Assembly (NCBI GenBank): GCA_048882325.1
Contig: JBHLRS010000006.1
Coordinates: forward strand, 32,001 to 96,000
Length of the DNA stretch: 64,000 bases
Direction: 5' to 3'
Source of the DNA: Candidatus Thorarchaeota archaeon
GTDB taxonomy: Archaea; Asgardarchaeota; Thorarchaeia; Thorarchaeales; Thorarchaeaceae
Numbering within the stretch: the stretch's first letter is position 1; every line of letters begins with the position of its first letter. The notes under the pieces were generated by a model, which ran no database searches, had not been told where the DNA came from, and was given only the letters and a program-made list of their open reading frames with translations. The position numbers were made by a program, and so were the translations under genes. Of the stretch, positions 1 through 12,700 are shown piece by piece.

Positions 1-1086
1 GAACAGAGTATTCTCGATACCGTCAAAGAGCTACCAGGAATGGATTTTGATGCTATTCCACAGACACTTCTAGCTGAGCGTGTTGCTGGAATCACACCTG
101 GCAGTCACAAGAAACGTGTTGTATTCACCACCTCTGGTGGTCGTGCTGTTGAAGGATGTATGAAATCTGCCATGGACTTGTCAGGAAAACGAAGGTTTGT
201 TGCCTTCAGACCCGCTTTTCATGGACGAACCGGTTATGCATTATCTCTAACATCATCAAATTCAAAACATAAATCTGGTTTTCCGCAGGGCGTTGATGTC
301 ATCCGTGTCTTCTATCCATATTGCTACCGGTGTCCCTATGGAACACATGTTGAAGACTGTAGCTTGGAGTGTGTTGAAGCCCTGCGGTATGCTTTGCAGG
401 TTGAAGGCAATGATATTGCAGCAACAGTCATGGAATCAATATCTGGAGAAGGAGGTTACATAGTACCCCCAGCAAAGGCAGTTCAGGGATTCTATAAAGT
501 GACAAAGGAAGTTGGAGCATATTTCATGTCAGACGAGGTTCAATCTGGAATGGGTAGAACTGGGAAATGGTGTGCTGTGGAGAATTATGGTGTAGTTCCT
601 GACTATATCTCAATGGGCAAAGCAATCGGTGGTGGTTATCCACTGGGTGCATCAATTGGTCCTGCTCCAATGTTTTCTGGAGGCGCTCGACACTCCGAAA
701 CATTCTCTGCAGAGCCAAAGATGTCCTTACTTTCATTGTGGATATTCAAACACATGGAGGATGGAAACTATCTCAAGAAAAATGCTGAGAAAGGCGCCTA
801 TCTATTGAAGCAGTTCAATGATCTCATGGACAAGTATGAGGTTATTGGAGATGTCAGAGGTATCGGTCTTATGGCTGGTATCGAATTTGTGAAGGATAAG
901 AAGTCAAAAGAGAAAGCATCCAAGCTTCGTGATGAGATTCTCAAGAATGCTGTCCAGAAACAGAAACTATGGGTACTTGGTTGTGGTCAGAACGTAATCA
1001 GGTTTATGCCTAGTTATGTCATAACTAACGAAGAGTTAGACGAAGCTGTAGCCCGACTTGACAAGGCAATTAGTGCTTGTGTCTAA
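1..1086 (+). CDS. Class-III PLP-dependent aminotransferase (4-aminobutyrate/ornithine aminotransferase-like), 5'-truncated by window edge
   Basis: Frame is open from base 1. Motifs AFHGRT, DEVQSGMGRTG, GKAIGGG (PLP Lys), DVRGIGLMAGIEFV. Confidence 0.9.
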   Translation, partial: EQSILDTVKELPGMDFDAIPQTLLAERVAGITPGSHKKRVVFTTSGGRAVEGCMKSAMDLSGKRRFVAFRPAFHGRTGYALSLTSSNSKHKSGFPQGVDVIRVFYPYCYRCPYGTHVEDCSLECVEALRYALQVEGNDIAATVMESISGEGGYIVPPAKAVQGFYKVTKEVGAYFMSDEVQSGMGRTGKWCAVENYGVVPDYISMGKAIGGGYPLGASIGPAPMFSGGARHSETFSAEPKMSLLSLWIFKHMEDGNYLKKNAEKGAYLLKQFNDLMDKYEVIGDVRGIGLMAGIEFVKDKKSKEKASKLRDEILKNAVQKQKLWVLGCGQNVIRFMPSYVITNEELDEAVARLDKAISACV

Positions 1087-1101
1087 AAAAAGAAAAAGAC
1101 C

Positions 1102-1129
1102 CATCTCTGGTCATAGAACGCCAGAGATG
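1102..1129. terminator. Hairpin between convergent genes, probably a bidirectional terminator
   Basis: catctctgg (1102-1110) pairs with ccagagatg (1121-1129). A-tract on the left (T-tract on the - strand) and T-rich sequence on the right. Confidence 0.65.
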
Positions 1130-1140
1130 AGTTCATTTCT

Positions 1141-1479
1141 TTATAGCAACCAAAGAATCGCGCCTAGTATGACGAGAATGCCACCAAGGTCGCTTGCGAA
1201 CACAACCATTAGGATTCCAATAATGAGAACCACAATGAACTTGTTCGTCTTTCCAAAGTCCAGTGCCTTGATCTTTAGGAATCCACTGTTCACCAATGCT
1301 ATAAGTGAGAACAGAATAGCCAAGATGCCTATGACAATAGCATCAAGGTAACCCCCCAATGGATTAAAGTAACCTAATGTGTAACCCGCGCCTGGAATTA
1401 GCAATAGGATTCCCTGGATTAGGCCAATCAATGCACCTAGGAGAACTAGAAGGTCTCCAATCTTCTTTAGGTCTGCCAT
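1141..1479 (-). CDS. Small hypothetical integral membrane protein (about 4 TM)
   Basis: 112 aa, almost entirely hydrophobic Leu/Ile/Gly helices. Purine-rich SD-like aggagag upstream on the - strand. Confidence 0.8.
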   Translation of the reverse strand: MADLKKIGDLLVLLGALIGLIQGILLLIPGAGYTLGYFNPLGGYLDAIVIGILAILFSLIALVNSGFLKIKALDFGKTNKFIVVLIIGILMVVFASDLGGILVILGAILWLL

Positions 1480-1565
1480 TTAGTGTTATACTCTCCTTCT
1501 ATGTACATTACCCTCGAAAGGGTTGAAAATGGACCCAACTTCTGCAATATAATGTTACCGAAAGT

Positions 1566-1596
1566 GGTTAACTTACGTTAATTTGTAATGTTAACC
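1566..1596. promoter_or_regulatory. Imperfect inverted repeat (candidate operator) in the divergent promoter region
   Basis: ggttaac-ttac (1566-1576) ... gtaa-t-gttaacc (1585-1596), between the divergent membrane-protein and MTase genes. Confidence 0.45.
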
Positions 1597-1643
1597 TATT
1601 AAGCCTAAAATATCTCCTCTACGCCCATAGGTGGTCTAGAACT

Positions 1644-2984
1644 GTGGATATGTTGACTCCAACCGATAGCCTTGATGAGTCTAGTCAGGGAGATTCACTT
1701 CAGACTTTGGAGTTTGTTGGTGATATTGACCCTCTTTTTGATATCCCCAATCAGGGGGAGATTCTCATTATCAGCAATGATCAGTCATATCTAACGCATG
1801 GAATTCACAAGTTTCCAGCCAAATTCTTTCCAGAATTACCTCGTTATTTAATTCGCAAGTATTCTTTGCCCGGCAATACAGTACTCGATCCAATGTGTGG
1901 TAGTGGGACGGTTGTCTTAGAGTCCCTTCTGAACGATCGGATTGGGATTGGAATCGATATTGACCCAATGGCACAGCTGATTACCAAAGTCAAGACTACA
2001 CCCATAGATCCTAAAGAACTGCTTCCGGCTGCACGAGGTTTAATTGCTCAGATAAATGAAATGAACGATGCTTCTGATTATCAACCTGAGATACCAGAGT
2101 TTCATTATCGTGATAGCTGGTTCCGGTCCTATGTTTTACTTGAATTGGCAATCATCCATGATTCCATTGACACCCTTACTTCGAAACAACAGAACGACTC
2201 CGACCGTGAGAACATTCGTGATTTCTTCCGAGTTGTACTCTCCTCCATCATCAGGGATGTGTCAAATGCTGATTCTCATTGTACTCGGACGGTAATCCGT
2301 AAGAAAGTAGTGAAGAAGATAGACCCCGGTGACACGCTAAGAAAGTTCTCTGAAACACTAACTAATCAGTGTGACTCTATGTCTGAGCTATTCCATATAT
2401 CGAATACACTGGGTATCAATGAAGTTCATCTCCCCATAAAGAACGCTTTTGATACTGGACTTGATTCTGACTCGATTGACCTCTCTGTTACATCTCCCCC
2501 ATACATAAACGCAGTAGATTATCCGCGAACACATCAGCTCGAGATGTACTGGCTTGGATTACTAGATGGTAGTCCTTTATCCCATGTCAAACGGAAATAC
2601 ATTGGGACCGAAACAGTCTACAAAAAAGAATATGCTACCCTTAGGACCTCAAGTTATGAATCCCTCGACCCTATTCTAGAGAAAATATACAACTCGGACC
2701 CAAGACGATCGTATATTGTCTTCAAGTTCTTTGAAGACATGAAGAAACAGCTTGCAGAAACATATCGTGTATTGAAACCTGGAGGTACTTATTGTTTAAC
2801 AATTGGGAGCAATTTGATTCGTGGAGTGGAAGTGCGTTCTGACCAAATTCTCTCTGAAATTGCAGTTACGGACATTGGATTTGAATTGGAAAAATCCTTC
2901 TTCTCAAAATTGATTCGACATTACATCAGAATTCCTCGTCCTGAACGAATGTTGGGTGAATGGGTACTAGTGTTGAGGAAATAA
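1644..2984 (+). CDS. Orphan DNA methyltransferase, N4-cytosine type (alpha motif order)
   Basis: THGIHKFPAKF, motif I LDPMCGSGT, then TRD, then motif IV VTSPPY, and RVLKPGG. The ATG at 1650 is a likely start. Confidence 0.85.
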   Translation: MDMLTPTDSLDESSQGDSLQTLEFVGDIDPLFDIPNQGEILIISNDQSYLTHGIHKFPAKFFPELPRYLIRKYSLPGNTVLDPMCGSGTVVLESLLNDRIGIGIDIDPMAQLITKVKTTPIDPKELLPAARGLIAQINEMNDASDYQPEIPEFHYRDSWFRSYVLLELAIIHDSIDTLTSKQQNDSDRENIRDFFRVVLSSIIRDVSNADSHCTRTVIRKKVVKKIDPGDTLRKFSETLTNQCDSMSELFHISNTLGINEVHLPIKNAFDTGLDSDSIDLSVTSPPYINAVDYPRTHQLEMYWLGLLDGSPLSHVKRKYIGTETVYKKEYATLRTSSYESLDPILEKIYNSDPRRSYIVFKFFEDMKKQLAETYRVLKPGGTYCLTIGSNLIRGVEVRSDQILSEIAVTDIGFELEKSFFSKLIRHYIRIPRPERMLGEWVLVLRK

Positions 2985-3019
2985 TGTGATATTTGTGAAA
3001 CTTAATCTGATGATTGTTT

Positions 3020-3730
3020 TCATTTCTTCCTTGATTTCAAATCCTCATCTATGCTTTTCAAGAGATCATCAACTAAAGCGCTAGGAAGATTCTTAGCTTG
3101 CTTCACAATATTATTCACTTCCTCCGGTGGGAGCCCTCTATTCTCAAGCTGTTTTCGAAGGTCCTCAATTTCAAAATCGGTAAGCTTGTCTTCAAACTCG
3201 GATTCCTGAATTGGTATCTCAAGTTTAGTATCATCGAGTGATTTTACAAATTCCTCTATCTTTTCCTTCGGGGCTGTTTCAGCCTCTTTCATGATTGCCT
3301 CAATTTCTATTTCTGGTACTTTCCGCCGAACCAACTCTGCTTCTAAATCAGCACACTCTTCTTCTGTTAAAGTCACAACTTTCTTTCTACGTTTCATTTT
3401 CTTCGGTTTTTCTGTTTTCTTGAAAAACTCAAGTGCAAGCTCCTTAGGAAGACTTCTTGCTTGTTCAACGATTGACTCGATTTCACGATCACTAGCTTTT
3501 CGCTTAATCAGCTCAGAACGAAGATTTTCAATTTCCTCTTCTGTGAGATGTTCAACCTTTTCTTCAACAGGTTTTGGTTTTTCTTTAGCCAGAATACTCT
3601 GAAGAAGCATCTGGACTACATCTTTTGGAAGTTCTCTGGCTTGTGTGACAAAGGACTCAATTTCATGCTCTGGAATTCCTCGTTTTTCAAGTTGTTCAGT
3701 CATTGTGTTCAATTCTAATTCTCTTAGCTG
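3020..3730 (-). repeat. Four ~45-aa cytoplasmic helical repeats, consensus L(T)xxEIExLRxxLxxRGxPxxEIExIVxQARxLPKxxxxxLLKS
   Basis: Four copies visible in the translation after the TM. One copy ends the 6202-aa paralog (LSDYELKEIRQQLVDAGIKGSELETIMEQARELPKELAEELLKSIL). Confidence 0.85.
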
Positions 3731-6700
3731 ATGTTCGATATCGAGTCCTTCTTCTTCTGGCTCAGAGATATCAGCATCTTCTTCAACTACAGCGTAAATG
3801 TCTGGTTTAGCTACTATAGCAGCTCCACCAATTCTCTTTCTCCTTTCTGCTACAACTTCTTCCATGACCTGTTCTACAGATTTGTTCTGTATACCTGCGA
3901 CTCTAATTGCTTCCTGACTAATTACCTCTCTTACGAAACTGGTTTGCTGACTCAACTTCATCTTTGATATCTCAAATTTGAAGTCATCAAGCTCTTGTTG
4001 AGTCATTTCAGTAAGTATAGCGAGGTCAATAATCAGTTCATCAATTTCAGGCACTTCTATTTTGACTGATTCTGCAGGAATTTGCGAAGCTTCTCTTTTA
4101 ATTCCAACTGGATCATGTAGTTCATTGAATAATTCTGCGACGAGGGATTGTCTTGATCGCACGCCCCTAGCTGGTTTAGGTACTCTACTTCTACGTAATT
4201 GTCTAACCTGACCACTAATTATCCTGATTATCTTTGGCACTCTTAGAATCCTTACCCATACAACACCGAATAGAATCAGGAAGATGGCAAAAGCACTACC
4301 GTAAGTCATTGCGTTCTGCAGAGCAAGATCTTCTTCAGATGGACTTACCGAAACTGAAATCATTACACTGGCTGTTTCATAGTATGTTTTATTGAAGTGA
4401 ATTGTTACTTCCGTGACACCAGCTCTTCTTTTAGCTAATACTCTAAACTGATAATATCCATCGCGACTTTCATCAGGACCTAGATATTCGACAGTGGCAA
4501 ATTGGGGTTCAGAGTTATCAACTATGATACGAGCCTCGGTAATTCCCTCTCCAGAATGACCTAGCCACGCATCGGAATAATAGATCCAAAATGTTGCGTT
4601 CATTCCCCAGTGAAGTGACAGTGCTGACGGTCCTTCCACCTGAAGACTAGTTTGAATCTTGATAATCGTGATCTCGAACACGAATACCGCGGTGGTGTGA
4701 TTTTCTAACATGAATTGGATGTTAAATAATATTGTCGCACCTAAGCCCCAATCAAGTGTGTTGAAAGCGAATGAATAATTACCATTTCCGTGATCGGACA
4801 AAATAAGTGGTTCTTCGTAGACTCTTGGTCCTGTATAGAACGAGTTGTTGGATATTGCGTCTGGAATCCCTCTTGCACCATAGGTGTCATTGTATAACAT
4901 GGTGACCGTAAGTGTATCTCCGTATGGTACTTGTAGTGTTGTCCAGGAATCTCCAATTCGATACAGTTCAGGGAGAAGAATCGAGATGTCCGTGGGGACT
5001 GATGCAATATGAATTCTAATCGTCAATTCTTCATCCTCATAGTTTGCCTTTCGGAACTCCACTGTGATCGTGTAAGTTCCCGGGTTTAGTTTTGATGTAT
5101 CAACTGGAATGCCATAGATTCCTTCACCAAGATATACAGCACTACCTGATCCTCCTGCCCAGGAAAAAGCGGAAAAGTCAGCCTGAATACCTTGTGCATG
5201 ATAACTATCATAGTAGGTGACATTGACAAAACCTGTCCCGCCCCAAACAAACTCATCAGTTCCTGGTGAAAGAATAGTTGCTTCTAGATTTCTCACATAT
5301 ATCGATGTAGAATTATCCGCCCTCTCGTAATCCTGATTGGGTGAATTGGCTGAGATGATGAATGTGTGAAGCGCGGCAATTCCTTGGCTTGTGTCGAAGT
5401 CATAGTAGTAATAACCAGGACCTCCAATTATGGGTCCATTCACTAATGTTCCATTTGTGCCGAGTTCAGGTGAGTTCCATGTAACATTCAGACCGTCTAA
5501 TCCTGTGGAGTACGGATGTGTTGCGTTAAGGGCTGGAGCTAGAACATAAACTCCAATTCTGACAATATCGGACCAGTACACAGATGTATATTCGTAGCTT
5601 AAAGTAGCATTATCGAGCCATACTACCATCTGTATCTTTGAAATTGCCATAATCAGAGTCGCGGATGCATTACCATAGTTGTATTTTGAAGCCCGTAGAC
5701 GAATCTGGTAACTTCCATATCCCGCATTTCCTGTAGGTATTTGAAGTCTGTAATGCCCCTGTTCACCTGATATCTCAGTCACTGTCAAATTGGTGTCATA
5801 CACCCAGCTTCCTACAAGGGTTGCCTCAGAAACATAAGTGCCGTCAAGGATGTCCTCTAGATAGACCTCAACCACAGCAGTAGCGCCATATGATACGGTG
5901 AAGACATAGCCTTCTTCAGGGATGATTTCCATTGGTCTTGGTAAAAGTCTGAAAACCAGCTGATAAGAAGCATCAATATAGTTTGGTGCACTACCTTCAA
6001 TTCTAACGATAATTGTGTCCGATATTACGCCCAAACTAGTATCGAGAATTGCTGTGTAGTTACCTGGCACACCAGTGGGTACAAATGAATCTATGTAGCC
6101 ATCCCAATCATATGTGATTGTCGCTATCGAAACAGTCTGATTTCTAAGTGTATCATTAATTGCTGCAAATATGGTGAGAGGCTCACCCCAGTATATATCG
6201 CTAGTGGCTCTTGGTCCACTCCAAGTGACAATCAGCTCGGATGGAACAGCAAGAAGGTTGATCTCTACATTCAGTGAAGAGATTGAATAGCGAAGCAGAT
6301 TTGCTTGCACAGATAAAATTTGAGAGCCATGACTCAAACTACCTGTCTGAAGAGTTAGATTATAACTACCATCTCCAAGATCAATGTATGACGACAAATC
6401 TCCCCATGTCAAGGTCAGTGAGGCTCCTGCAAGTGGGTTGTCGTCAGCATCATAATCAACGAGGTATATCATGGCTGATGTAGTATAGCCTGCATAGTTT
6501 GTAGGTGCAATAACTGCAGAGAGTCCTGCAACTCTCTTCCTTAATCCGAAAACTACAGATGTTTCTGCTATCTCGTATTGTGAGTGGTTGATTGTTACAA
6601 GTACAGATTGTAAACCAACAGTCAAGGAATCTACCATGCTCAATGTAATATTGTACTGTCCACTACCTAGTGCTAGAACTGACCAGGACGATGGTGCTAG

Positions 6701-9700
6701 TCCTGTTGATTCATAGATTAAAGAAATCTGCCCCTCTGCACCATTTATTGGCTGTCCATGATCCGTGTCCAAAAACTGAAGCACAAACGAAACGTCTTCA
6801 TAGAATGCTACAACTGAGGGTGATGGTAAGTCACTTGAAACAGATGTCTGAATTGCGCGAACTAATCCTTCTGCTTCTGGTGCAAAGGCAGTCATGTAGT
6901 ATGGAACTACTAAGGCGCTCCATTGAACTTCAATATCAAAACTGAAGGTTCCAAGGCTTCCTAATGAGGATGTGCTGACACGTATTGTATACTTCCCTGA
7001 ATCAACACCAGTTCCCATTTGGACCCAGTAATCCACTCCTTCAATGAGACCTGGAGCCTCAAAGCAATCAAAGACTATGATTGCACCTTCAATTGGATCC
7101 CCTGTCGACTGATCAGTGTACATCAGAGTGACGTTCATGAGATCCCCAAAAGGCGTTTCCTCAATTTGACCCAGCTCGATGTTTCCAAGTCTTCCTACTA
7201 TATCAACAAAGACTGAGGTCGCATCATCTTTGTAGTATGGAGCACCCGTAGTCCACTCAATCTGAATTGTTATGTTCCAATCGCTCACCAGGATTGCGCT
7301 TATGACAGTAGAATTGATTTTGAGTCTGAAAATCGAACCAATCTGCTGAATCACATACTCACCATATGCGAGAAGTGAAGTGTCACTGTATATCTTGACA
7401 TCACTAATAACAACTACAACACTTTCACCAGTTGATAAATCCACGAATGCAAAATCTAAGGTCATATTATCAAGGTACAATATTTGACCTGGTGGAAACA
7501 CTATCTCAACACTAGCAGATCTCTCAGTAACAGGGATATTGATATTTCGTTGAGCATCCTGGTAATGTGGAGGTCCTGCAGACCAATTGGCTACTACTGT
7601 TATTGTCTTTACTCCTGGAGGCCCGAGAGCAGATGTGTCCAATGAAAAAGCATAGAGACCGGGACTCGTTTCACTAATTTCATAGTCAACTGTGGGCTGA
7701 AGTAATGCTAATCCAAAATAGAGGTTAATTGTTCCACCAGTAATTCCTGATGATGATAGAATGTCCTTATACAGAATGGTGAAGTTTACGTAATCCTGAT
7801 AGTGCGTTTGAGAAGGTGACGAAATCAAGTCCAGACTTGTATCCCGTTCATGTATTTCGAATGGTACTAGTATCTCATTCCATTGGTAGAAGGGTGCTTC
7901 AAATTCGGAGCTGAAATTCAACCAAAGATGATAGGTTCGTCCTATCTCTATTACTTGATTAGAGGTTTCAACTGTGAGTAGGTAGTTCTGTTGTGATGGT
8001 CGCCAAGTACAAGTAAAGATCCAGTTGGATCCATTGAGTATCTCTAAGCTGGTCATGACACCTGTATCGTTTCCTATCGCAAAAAGGGAATCAAGGTCCT
8101 GGTAGTACAGAACTACACTGAATGAGCTTCCATATGGGATGGATCCAACAGGCTCAGATGTCAATAGAGTGTCTCGAAAACTGACCTCAAGGGTTTTTGT
8201 AGCACTTCTGGCTTGATAGTAGAACTGAACAGACGAAGCTTCCACTCTAAGTGAATAAAGTCCTGGCTTACCAAAGTATGATACATTCAGATTAACTAAG
8301 TATTCTCCAGACCCTAGATCTGTAATCTGAACATGACTAGAGGGAACAACTGTCACCCCGAAATATATGTCAATCGTGGCTCCTATTACCATCTTGGAGG
8401 CTGAACCTGCAATATCTACAAATGTCACAGTGAAGGTTGCATTATTACCAAATGGAGTTAGAGGGGGTGTAGGATATGTCAGAAGGGTTTGACGTTCTAT
8501 CAGTGTTATATCTATGATTCGTCCAGTGACGTTTGAATAGAATGGCAATCCACTCCAGGTAAGATTTAGGAATAGTTGTCTATCTCCTAGTGGGGCACCA
8601 AGCTGACTCGTGTTGAATGAAACTATGTATAATTCCTCAAGAGCATTGTAACTCAATGTGAAATCAGGCACATCTAGTAACACCGTCATGGCAGCTGGAT
8701 TATAGTCTATAGGACTTGAGAGTCCTCCCGTTGTATCTTCATAGGTGAAGGAGAATGTAGCATTCTCACCGTAGGGTACACTGGTTGGTGGTATGATTGA
8801 TAGTGATGCAGTCCTTGGAAGTACTCTCACTGAAATCAAGTCAGTCCTGTTTGTATAGAATGGAACCACATTGGCAGACCAGTTGATGAGTACCTTCATT
8901 GAAAAGATACCCGTTCCACTAATAATCGAATTGTTGAATCCGATTGAGTATTCCCCTTTCCTATTGACGCTGTCTATTTCCCAGATGTCCACTTGTGACA
9001 GATCCACAGTGACACCAACAAACTCAACACTAATGAAAACGTTGAATGTGTCGTTCGTGATGCCGCCTGTAGATGGGCTTGAATATAGGAAAGTGTAGGT
9101 CATGTAGTCTAGGCATGGAGAAGGAAGAGCTGCTTCAATCAGTGTGAGTTCTGTATCTGCACCAACTATTTCAACTGTAATGGATAGGAACCTGTTCTCA
9201 TACTTTTGGATGCTTCCAGTCCAATTGAAGTAGACTGTGAGTTGTTGAACTCCAATACCTCCAAACTGCAAGGCAACAATTGAAATGGTATAGTATCCAT
9301 CTCCTCTTGCCGTGTCATTATCCCAGGTAGTTGCTAATTGGTGGGTTGCATTCCAGACAGTACACTGAACATCAGAAGATACAATTCCCTGCAAGTGATC
9401 CCGATCCCCGTAATAAACTGAGATATTGATTGTTCCATCTGAAGTTGTGTCATCTACTGGTGAGAGCAGCCTGAGCTCGGTCCTAATGGAGCGAATCACA
9501 ACAGTGACATTGAATGATGCTGATTCATATTCTGCTCCGAATGAAAAATCAAAGACAAGCAGGTACAACGCTAAAGCATCGGTATCAAAGGTGTTGATGG
9601 TGACACTGTAACGGTTGCCCACCCACACAATGTCATAATGAACTGGAGTCCAGTTACAGCTATGACTCACTGTTAAGATTGGTAGGTCATGGTCCATGTC

Positions 9701-12700
9701 AATATAATCCACATAGAATGTCTGTGTGTCTCCTACTGGGATTTCTAGAGCTCCGACAGTAGCAGTTGCATATGTTCTGATTTGTCTGACCTGAATGTCT
9801 ATCGATATTATCTTGTCTTCATAGTTTGGTGCTGAAGCGGTGAAGCTCACAGTATAGACACCAATGCCCCATGTGTCGGTTTCAATCGTCACTCGATACC
9901 TGCCACTGGTTATCAGTTCTTGACCAAGCTTCGCAGCCCCAATCACGGTGAAAGTAGCTGTGTCAATTCCCTGTCCTCTATCTATATCAACAAACTCTAA
10001 GGTAACAACTGCATTCGTGCTGTAAGATATCGTCAAAAGTGGAAAGTCGGGTGAGCTTAAATCACAACGTGCTTGAGTGAACTGAAAACTAATGATGGGC
10101 GTCTGAACGTTGGAGTAGTTCTCTGAAACTCCAAATGAAATGAATATCCGTATTCCATATGTTCCTCCTGGGAAGTAGGACTGGTCTAAAGTTATGACAT
10201 ATGTCCCTGCACTTTGAGGTGAAAACGTCTTGATGTTATAGAGTGTACCATTCTTGTCCCTGACAGTGAAATGGCTCTGAAGAAGACCATTTACAGGCAT
10301 GTTATCAAAAGCTGAACTTGACTCATTCACAGTCACATAAGTGATTATCTCAAAATCATCCCCGACTGGGAAGACACCTATATTATCCCACAAAATCATT
10401 GTAGTCAATTTTTTGATGTTCAGAAGTATCGCAGTGGTTCCATCATAGTAATACCTAGGAGTTGTGGTTGTGAAAACTGTGAGGTCAATTGTATAGGTGC
10501 CTAATTCCCAATCCTGGGTTTCAATAAGGAATTGAAGAGATCCGTAACTTGCAGAACCTCCGGTCCATTCTGCGAGAACACTTGATAGGTTTCCGGTTAT
10601 TGCTGTATTTCCTGCATCAAGATCTAGCAACGATAGAGTAACTGTGACATTGGATCCCAAAGGTATAGTTCCATCATAACTGGCCACAACGGTAGTTCTA
10701 TGTGGTCTTATCGCCACTGCAACGGTAACCTCGCCCGCTTTATAGTTCGTGCCAGCTATTGTGAAATTGAACAAATAGATGTCAATACTGTACGAGTCAA
10801 CATCAATTTCGATGGAGTACCTCCCATCGAGTAAGTCTGTATACTGGAATATTCCATCACTACTCAACACACCTCCAGTTATTCCGATACTGCTATGATC
10901 AACATCTTGCCACTCAAGTATAATGGTTGCATTCTCACCCCAAGGTGTACTAACTGGATTGACCTCAACCTGAACCAAATCAGTCTCGATTTTTCTGTAT
11001 TGAACGTTCGCCTCCACAGAGCTATCGATTACGTACATTTGCGAAGGATTTGCATTTATGACAAAACAATGTGTTCCAAAATTCAATCCTGTTGAATCAA
11101 TGTTAACGATATACGTGCCATTGTTATAATCTGTGACACCATTTATTGTACCATTAGAGGTTATGGTGGCTCCTGCATAATATACTCCCGTTATTGCATC
11201 TTGGAGATTCACCCGGATAAGGAAGTCGTCTCCATATGGTGCTGAAGGTGGTGTTTCATAAGTCAACACCGTATTGTGAGATAGCTGCAAATCAAAGAAT
11301 GTTGCTGCATCAACGAGGAGTGGGTGGCTAGAAACAATGTCGAGTCTCCAATTTCCTGGCTGACCTAGATCCGAGGTGTTGAGAGTCTTTCCATAAATGC
11401 CGTTGCCATAATCTTCGAACTGGATTTGTGTCTCGATTCCCAAGACACTCCAGTTCATCATAACCGTGGAACCAACTACATTTTGTGCAGTTTCAATATC
11501 GGTCAGTTGAACCTCGACCTCTAGAAGTTCTCCTGCTGTCCGTACTGAAATTCCATCTCCAATTGCGTCATCTGGTGACAAGAGGTCAAGAGATGAAGCA
11601 TGTTCTACAATGAATAGTCTACTGTATCTTCCAACACGTTCTGGACTCAAGTCCGCCGTGTCGTTGAAGTCGACATGAACCTCCCAAAATCCATTTGGCC
11701 AAGAACCAGTCACGCTGATGCCTGTCCATTCGAACTGACCACTTCCATCTTGGCTCAAGTCATCTGAGCTGTAAAAGACCTGACCGCTTGGGTCTATCAA
11801 TTGAAGTTGCATGGCCGACCCAGGAATCACTGTTGCTGTCCCCCTAAACTTTGCAAGGTCTCCTGTCTGAAGTGTTACAGTATTTCCGTACGCACCAGCA
11901 TTTGCTCCACACTCTAGAAATGACGCCTCATTGTTTGAAGTGAATGTAAATGACCAAACACCTGGGACATCGAGGACTGACGATGGCACAGTGATCTGCA
12001 CACCTGTTGTTGAGATATCCAAGAGTCTGTTCCGGCCCATTGCATCAATGACCTTTGTCAGCGTCCAATCAACCGGATTCGTCAAAATCATCCTCAAATC
12101 ACTAACACCTTGTGGTGGACTCGCTAGGACATTTGCTGTCCATGTTACTCCCGTTCCGTTAGCCACAAAGAATGATGTTCCAGATACCATGTTCTCATCC
12201 AATGTTGAGCTCTGAGTTGTCACATTGAGTTTCATTCTTGGAAGGATACCCACAACCGATGAGGCATCTGTAGTGAAGGACAAAGTAGCGCTTTGTCCAT
12301 ATAGTACACTCTGTTCAGAACCAACACTTAGGAAGCTAGATGGGTCGTACTGGTTTTCATATTCAGTTTGAATCCAGCTAGCAGATTTGTAGCCCATCAT
12401 TGTGCGAAACTCGTCTATTCCTCCAAGGTGAACTTGCCCGCCTCCATATGAACCTAGCATGAAAATATTCGAAGCGTCTCTCAACCTATCTCCCAACCCT
12501 ATGCTTGAATCTGACTTGGAATCCTGCAGTACACCATCTGCAAAACTATAGGCTCGTAATGTTCCATCACCAGTACTTTCATACTTGTACACAACAAAGT
12601 TCCAAGTCTGACGTTTCACCAAGACATTGAGGTAGGTGGCGCCTCCAATATCAAAATGGATATCAGGTTGGAACGAAGCATAGTCGTCTGGCCAGCCCGT

